In this document: piece after piece, positions 57,664 to 64,000 of the stretch
How the letters are laid out: each line of letters opens with the position of its first letter
How positions within the stretch are numbered: the stretch's first letter is position 1
Source of the DNA: Octopus vulgaris
Lineage: Eukaryota
Direction: 5' to 3'
DNA: 64,000 bases
Assembly (NCBI GenBank): GCA_951406725.2
Contig: OX597816.1
Span: forward strand, 48,484,001-48,548,000
Translations under genes and position numbers: made by a program
Notes under the pieces: model-generated
Told to the model about the DNA's origin: nothing
The model's input: only the letters and a program-made list of their open reading frames with translations
Databases searched by the model: none

Positions 57664-57981
57664 TCTATAATATAAATTGGACATGGGTGATTGTTGTATT
57701 CTTTCTTGTCTTGAGGTTCACAGCCAAATGGCTGGGTGATTTCGCATGAAAAATGGCACACATGTGGAGACGAGTGCATAGATTGGAATGCGGTTTGTAT
57801 TTTTTTCCTAGCCCCCATACTTACCTAGAAAATCGATTGAAACTTTTTCTAATTGAATTCCCCTGTTTGTTCCGCCATTAAAACAACCAGTTGCTCACAC
57901 GGCCAGCATATACCATTTTGCTAGCAACAAGGGGATGACAGTCAGCCAAAACTTTGACTATGATGTCTCTCTTCTTTCACC

Positions 57982-58025
<44 letters not shown>

Positions 58026-58397
58026 CCATTTCATACATCTTTCAATTTCTACTCTGCAAATGAAATTTGTTACAGATACAACTGCTTAGAAAAATTGGGA
58101 TTAATATATAATTTCTTTCTATGTTCATTATTAAATCACTGTCTTAATGATTGGACAGAGGTCAATAGAATACCTTTCACAAACAGACTATGTACAAATT
58201 AGTTCTTCACAATTCCTGAAGCTGTTTTCTGACAAGGGGATGGGGGTCAGGAAATTTTCATGCAGCTGGAAGCTCCAATCGAAACAGGGAACCCAAAATG
58301 ATAAGGTTGAGAACCACTGTTATAGATTATGCCTAACCGAAAATGATCACAGCCACATCATCCAAACAGACTGGGTGAAACCGGGCTTAGCTGCTAG
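57664..58397 (+). mobile_element. Non-autonomous Helitron, both ends present
   Basis: A|TCTATAATATAAA 5' end; 3' imperfect hairpin CTGGGTGAAACCGGG then CTGCTAG|T; inserted at an AT site with no TSD. Confidence 0.68.
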
Positions 58398-58417
58398 TAT
58401 ATATATATATATATATA

Positions 58418-59107
58418 TCATCATCATCGTTTAACGTCCGCTTTCCATGCTAGCATGGGTTGGACGGTTCAACTGGGGTCTGGGAAGCCCGAAGGCTGCA
58501 CCAGGCCAGTCAGATGTGGCAGTGTTTCTACAGCTGGATGCCCTTCCTAACGCCAACCACTCCGAGAGTGTAGTGGGTGATTTTATGTGCCACCGACACA
58601 GGTGCCAGACGAGGCTGGCAGACGGCCACGCTCGGATGGTGTTTTTTATGTGCCACCGACACAGGTGCCAGACGAGGCTGGCAGACGGCCACGCTCGGAT
58701 GGTGTTTTCTTATGTGTCACCGACACAGGTGCCAGACGAGGCTGGCGGACGGCCACGCTCGGATGGTGTTTGTTACGTGCCCTCAGCACGGAGGCCAGTC
58801 ATTGCGGTACTGGCTACGGTCACGTTCGGATGGTTTTCTTATGTGCCACCGGCACTGGTACCACAAGGATACAAATTCCATTGATGTTCATCTATTTTGA
58901 TTTGGTTCGATTTGATTCGATACGATTCGATTCTCACTTGCCTCAACAGGTCTTCACAAGTGTCACAAGAAGGAAGGTATGCACAGGTGGACTGACTACG
59001 TCCCAGGTAGGGGCCACGGATTATGGTTTCACTAGTCTTGCCGGGTCTTCTCACGCACAGCATACTTCCATAGGTCTCGGTCTCTAGTCATTTCCATGGT
59101 GAGACCT
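58418..59107 (-). mobile_element. RTE LINE 3' end: ORF C-terminus plus full 3'UTR with about 4 tandem units
   Basis: Minus strand GLTMEMTRDRDLWKYAVREKTRQD* (59107-59032), an RTE-type DR..W terminus, continuous with the UTR and (GAT)n tail. Confidence 0.88.
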
Positions 59108-59200
59108 ATATATATATATATATATATATACCGGAGTAAAGTCATAAATGTGAAACAAGGAGGAGAAAATAGTACTCAAATACCAGGGGTAGAGTAATAT

Positions 59201-59280
59201 GCTTTATTTAAAAGTAGCAGAAATTCAACAAAACCTGTTACTCGGAGTGTTTTGTTGAATTTCTGCTGCTTTTAAATAAA

Positions 59281-59281
<1 letters not shown>
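59201..59281. repeat. Foldback hairpin with 33-bp arms
   Basis: CTTTATTTAAAAGTAGCAGAAATTCAACAAAAC / GTTTTGTTGAATTTCTGCTGCTTTTAAATAAAG. Confidence 0.85.
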
Positions 59282-59319
<38 letters not shown>

Positions 59320-59351
59320 TATAAATATATATATTCATACATAAATGTATG

Positions 59352-59417
59352 TATAGTCATCACTAAAGTGGTGGAGGGTACTAGTGAGCACCATCCATCA
59401 CTTTGGTGATGACTGTA
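59352..59417. mobile_element. Tiny TA-flanked hairpin, candidate Tc1/mariner-type MITE
   Basis: TA-TAGTCATCACTAAAGTGGTGGAGGGT...ACCATCCATCACTTTGGTGATGACTG-TA. Confidence 0.5.
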
Positions 59418-59470
59418 CTTGTTGCCTATTAGTTCTAAATTGCATATATATATATGTATATACATGTACG

Positions 59471-59510
<40 letters not shown>

Positions 59511-59641
59511 ATGTATGTGTGTGTGTATTTTTATCCCCAGCTACTGCTTAACAACCAATGTTGGATTGTTTACATCCAACGTGGCCACAGGCCAATGACT
59601 GAAACAAGTTAAAGATATATATATGTATGTATGTGTATATA

Positions 59642-60072
59642 TCATCATCATCATTTAGCATCCGCTTTCCATGCTAGCATGGGTTGGACGGTTCAACTGG
59701 GGTCTGGGAGGCCAGAAGGCTGCACCAGGCCCAGTCTGATCTGGCAATGTTTCTACGGCTGGATGCCCTTCCTAACGCCAACCACTCCATGAGTGTAGTG
59801 AGTGCTTTTTATGTGCCACCGGTACAGGTGCCAGACGAGGCTGGCATATGGCCACGATTGGATGGTGCTTTTTATGTGCCACCGGAACGGAGGTTAGGTG
59901 AGGCTGGCAACGGCCATGATCAGATGGTGCTGTTGATGTGCCACCGGGACGGAAGCCAGTCGGGGCGGCGCTGGTAACGGCCACGTTTGGATGGTTTTCT
60001 TGTGTGCCACCGGCACTGGTATCACAGCTACAATTTCCATTGATGTTGATCGATTTTGATTTTGATTTTGAT
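59642..60072 (-). mobile_element. RTE 3'UTR copy with about 3 tandem units
   Basis: Same consensus as 58418-58930. Confidence 0.85.
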
Positions 60073-60579
60073 GTTATATATATATATATACACACACATA
60101 CAGATTTTTTTAATATATACACTCACATATGTATGCATACATACAAATTGTCTGTGTGTGTGTGTGTGCATATGTATATATATATATATGCATGGTTTCA
60201 ATATTATATCCTAAAGTTTTTAATTTAAGATAGACGTCAGTCTTATTTTTTTTTCTTTTCATACTTCATTTGTAGATTTAGATAAAATTCATAAAATTCA
60301 TAAAATTTTTTTTCTTTTTTTAAAAAAAACACATGAAATCATTACTAAAATTTTTTTAAAAATCATCATCAAAAATTACTTGAAAAAAGTTTCCCAGAAA
60401 AATTTGTTCATTACTATTATTACTTTTATCTTGTATCCATGCAATCAGGTGCAATTTACTATCCACTTTTTTTTTCTTTAGAAATTCCACAGTTGCTAAA
60501 CCTTGCAAATATTCTGATTATGAACATGGTTTGTTGTTGTTCTTGTTGTTATAACTACTACTACTACTACTACTACTAC

Positions 60580-60624
<45 letters not shown>

Positions 60625-60919
60625 CATCATCATCACTACCACCACTATCATCATTTATATGATTATTGGTATGAAAAAGAATAAGCTACCTTAATTTTGT
60701 CAAGCAGTTTCTTTACCTTCTAGCTTCTCGCTCTTTTTGTTGTTTTTTTTTTTTTGTTTTTCCTATTTGGTTAATGTCTGTATCCAAATTAACATCTTAA
60801 GCATATCACTTTCTCTAATGTGGAACTTCGAAGTTTTTGTTTTTTTAAGTGTATACAACATCTTTATCAGCTGATTACATTCATGACTATACATTTTTCT
60901 TCCTGGAAAAATACACATA

Positions 60920-61400
60920 CTCTCTCTCTCTCTCTCCACCTTCCTTCCCTCTCTTTATCTCCCTCCTTCTCTTGCTCTTTCTGTCTTTCTCTCCTTCCTT
61001 CTTTGTTTCTCTTTCTTCCTGCACCTTTCTACCACTCTCTATTATTCTTTCACTTGTTCTCTCCTACCCCTCTCTCTCTCCCTCATTTTCTCTCTCTTTA
61101 TCTTATTCTTTCTCTTCCTCTCCCTCCCTCCTGTCTCCACTTCCCACTCCCTCTTTCTCTCCCTCCTCTCTCTTTCTGTGTCTTTCTCTCTTCTCCCCTC
61201 TCTCTCTCTTGCTTTCTCTATCTTTCTCTCCTTTCTCTCTCTCTCTCTCTCTCGCTTTCTCTGTCTTTCTCTCCTTCCCTTCTTTCTTCCTATCCCTTTC
61301 TCCCACTCTCTATTCTCCTTCCTCCCCCGTTTCTCCCCCTCTCTCTACCTCTCCCCACCTCCCCTCTTTCTTCTGTCTCTCCCGCTCTTCCGCCACTTTG
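60920..61400. repeat. Pyrimidine-rich (CT) low-complexity tract
   Basis: Nearly all C/T on +. Confidence 0.9.
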
Positions 61401-62342
61401 TTCTCTTAAGTTTTTTTCACTAAAATTAGACGACATTGCTTACATCGTTTGGTGCCCTTTTGGCGGTTCCTTTCAATTCATATTTGACAATAACTGAAAA
61501 TTTTTTTTGTTTTCTCCTCTATCTTACTTCTTATTATTAACTAGTACACACAATTGTTTACGATTTCAAAAAGACAAAAATCAAAAAAAAAAATACAAAC
61601 AAATAAACAAAATTGGCAATAAGTATTTAAATTATAGTTTTCTGATGTTTGATATAAATATTTTATTAATTTTATGGCTGTCAGTTACAGATCAATAGCC
61701 TGTAAATATTCTCTGATAGCCGAGGTAAAATGAAGGAGACAATTCCATTTCTTGGCAGCAACAATTTTTTTTTTTTTAACAAATCAGCATAGATATTTAT
61801 TTATTTATTTATTCTGTTTATCTTATTTCTTCAGAAAGTAAGTTTATCTTACAGCTTTAAAGCAGATGCTGGTCTCTAATTGGAGCTGTGCAAAGAAGAA
61901 AAGTAGATTTAGATTTAAAATTATACGTACCTACATATGTATATATGTGAGTGTGTGTCTGGTGTGTATGTGTGTATGTGTATGTATATATATATATATA
62001 TAGAGCGAGAGAGACATACATACATACAATCACACACACATATGTATATATATTTATATGTATGTATGTATATGCATATATGTGTGCATATATAAATACA
62101 CATTATGTAATGCATATATATATATATATGTATGAATGTATGTGTGTACATATATATATGCATGTTTATATGCATATATATGAATTGTGTATATGTTTAT
62201 CTATATTTCTGTGTATGTATATATATACATATATATATATCTTTATATATATATATATATATATACACACACATATATATATATACACACATATATATCA
62301 TCATCATCATACGTCCGTTTTCCATGATGATGATGATGATGA

Positions 62343-62384
<42 letters not shown>

Positions 62385-63782
62385 CATAATGAAATGGTTT
62401 CTGATAGAAAAATCTTTCAAAATTTTGTTTTTACCTCTATGTTATTGTAATTAGCTCACAAAACTTCTTAATCATGATATCTTTGTGGTAAATTCCTAAT
62501 TCATAAAAATTCAGAATCTCAAAAATATTCCTGATATCAGAAATCTTGCTTTAAAATTCCATCGCGGCAAGGAGCTAAAAAGGCAGTTTTACAGTCAACC
62601 AACATATTAGTCATGAGTTTATGTCGCTTGATTCCAGCTTTGGAGTATGAAGGGTTATTGAGCAACTGAGCATCCACTCTTTTGAAATCTGTTTGAGAAC
62701 AGGACTACAAAAGTACCTCAGACACAGACTGCTTCATCCAGACTGCATCAGCTATTGGAACTGAAACATAGCTGATGAGAATCCTCCTGTAGTTGTCAAG
62801 TTACAAAGAAGACAGAGAGGATGCTACTCACTTAAGGAACATGAACTGTATGTTCCCTTCAGAACAACATCAAAGTGGACAAACAAGAAAGAAGAATTAT
62901 TTTCATTACAGGAGTGCTACAAGATGTATACGATAACTTTAGAGGTCAAATTTAACTTTTCCATCAAATTACACTTTTAAGGAAATTTGCTGGCCTATCA
63001 GAAGTAAGTGATGATCATTTGATGTCTCCTGTCCATTGTCAGCAAGATTTGGGCCTGTTTCCTGACCTACCATCTTCTAGGACACCAAGAACAAAACCTT
63101 ACTGTGGTTTCTGTACTGGTCATTAGACTATAAACTTAATCCCTGCCATACTTGAACTCCAGGAAAGGTACCAATGGCAACACTACATCTCAGACATGAT
63201 GGAGGCTTTTTGACATGGAGGACAGGAACAGTTTGTGGAGATCATGAAAAAAATTGGCCACATGAGCAGTAGTCTCTGTTCAGATTAAAAGAGAAAACAT
63301 GATAGGGGTGAGAGGGTGGTAAAGGAGGGAGTAATGGAAGCAAGACAATGAATGGTAACTACGTGACTGTTGATATGGAGGGTGAATAGGAAAACAGCAA
63401 GGGCAGCATGATGGGAGAAGAGAGTGTGACAAGAAGGAGGAAAGGTGATGGATTTGAGGGAGGATGTATAAGTGATCAATATTAATTGTGAGTGATAGAA
63501 GAGGGAGTAATGTGCGTGTGTGTGTGAGAGAGACAGAGAGAGACTGATGAATGTCAGTAAGGAATTAGGAATTGAGAGAGAGTAAACAGAAGAGAGTGTA
63601 ATGAAAGGAAACAAACTAGGGCAGGAGGATAGGTGAAAGGAGAATATGGCAGGAGAAAGGATATGATAAGGGTGAGAAGGAAGAGGATGGTAAATAATAG
63701 AAAGACAATAATAGGCAGAGAATTATGGGAGTAAACCAGATGTAGATAATATACAACCCAACCCCTGTCAGCATCACTTTAA

Positions 63783-63880
63783 CCCTTTAGCATTTAAAGC
63801 AGCCGTAATCTGGCCCAAATATTCTCCCTGTCTTATGTTCAGGTATTATGTCTCACATGTACCCAACAATGTCATTCTAA
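63783..63880. mobile_element. piggyBac-type MITE (family 2) end
   Basis: TTAA|CCCTTTAGCATTTAAA...AAATATTCT...CAATGTCAT is the reverse complement of 22105-22209. Confidence 0.7.
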
Positions 63881-63884
63881 CAAG

Positions 63885-64000
63885 AAAAGGTGGTGAGCTG
63901 GCAGAAACGTTAGCATGCCGGGCGAAATGCTCAGCAGTATTTCGTCTGCTATTACGTTCTGAGTTCAAATTCCGCTGAGGTCGACTTTGCCTTTCATCCT
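63885..64000 (+). mobile_element. SINE family B, young copy (runs off the window)
   Basis: GAGCTGGCAGAAACGTTAGC...GAGTTCAAATTCCGCTGAGGTCGACTTTGCCTTTCATCCT. Confidence 0.88.

Overview
This is AT-rich, repeat-saturated animal genomic DNA. A cephalopod (Octopus-like) origin is inferred from the SINE repertoire and the very long (TA)n/(TG)n/(CT)n fields; it is not proven. Almost all long ORFs in the track are microsatellite read-through. The only host coding sequence I can support is a 49-nt + strand exon (45769-45817, VKEASIMYDLQKGRSR-G) from RRM2 of a Musashi/DAZAP1/Hrb27C-type RNA-binding protein, so most of the window is probably giant intron. Retroelements include a near-full-length CR1/L2-group LINE (5455-9410, minus) whose reconstructed ORF1 carries a Myb/SANT-like domain and a CCCH finger. 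There are also RTE, R4-type, Tx1/L1 and CR1 fragments and four tRNA-type SINE families. DNA elements include TTAA piggyBac-type MITEs, two mariner relics and Helitron ends plus a PIF1 helicase relic. Penelope-type foldback palindromes and minimal hammerhead ribozyme motifs are also present. The most interesting signals are RNA-structural or mechanistic: hammerheads, a LINE-SINE shared 3' stem-loop with compensatory changes, a tandemly amplified pseudoknot/hairpin unit in an RTE 3'UTR, a PHD finger inside an RT, and a locally templated inverted insertion. Family assignments come from motif recognition by eye, and most repeat boundaries are approximate.
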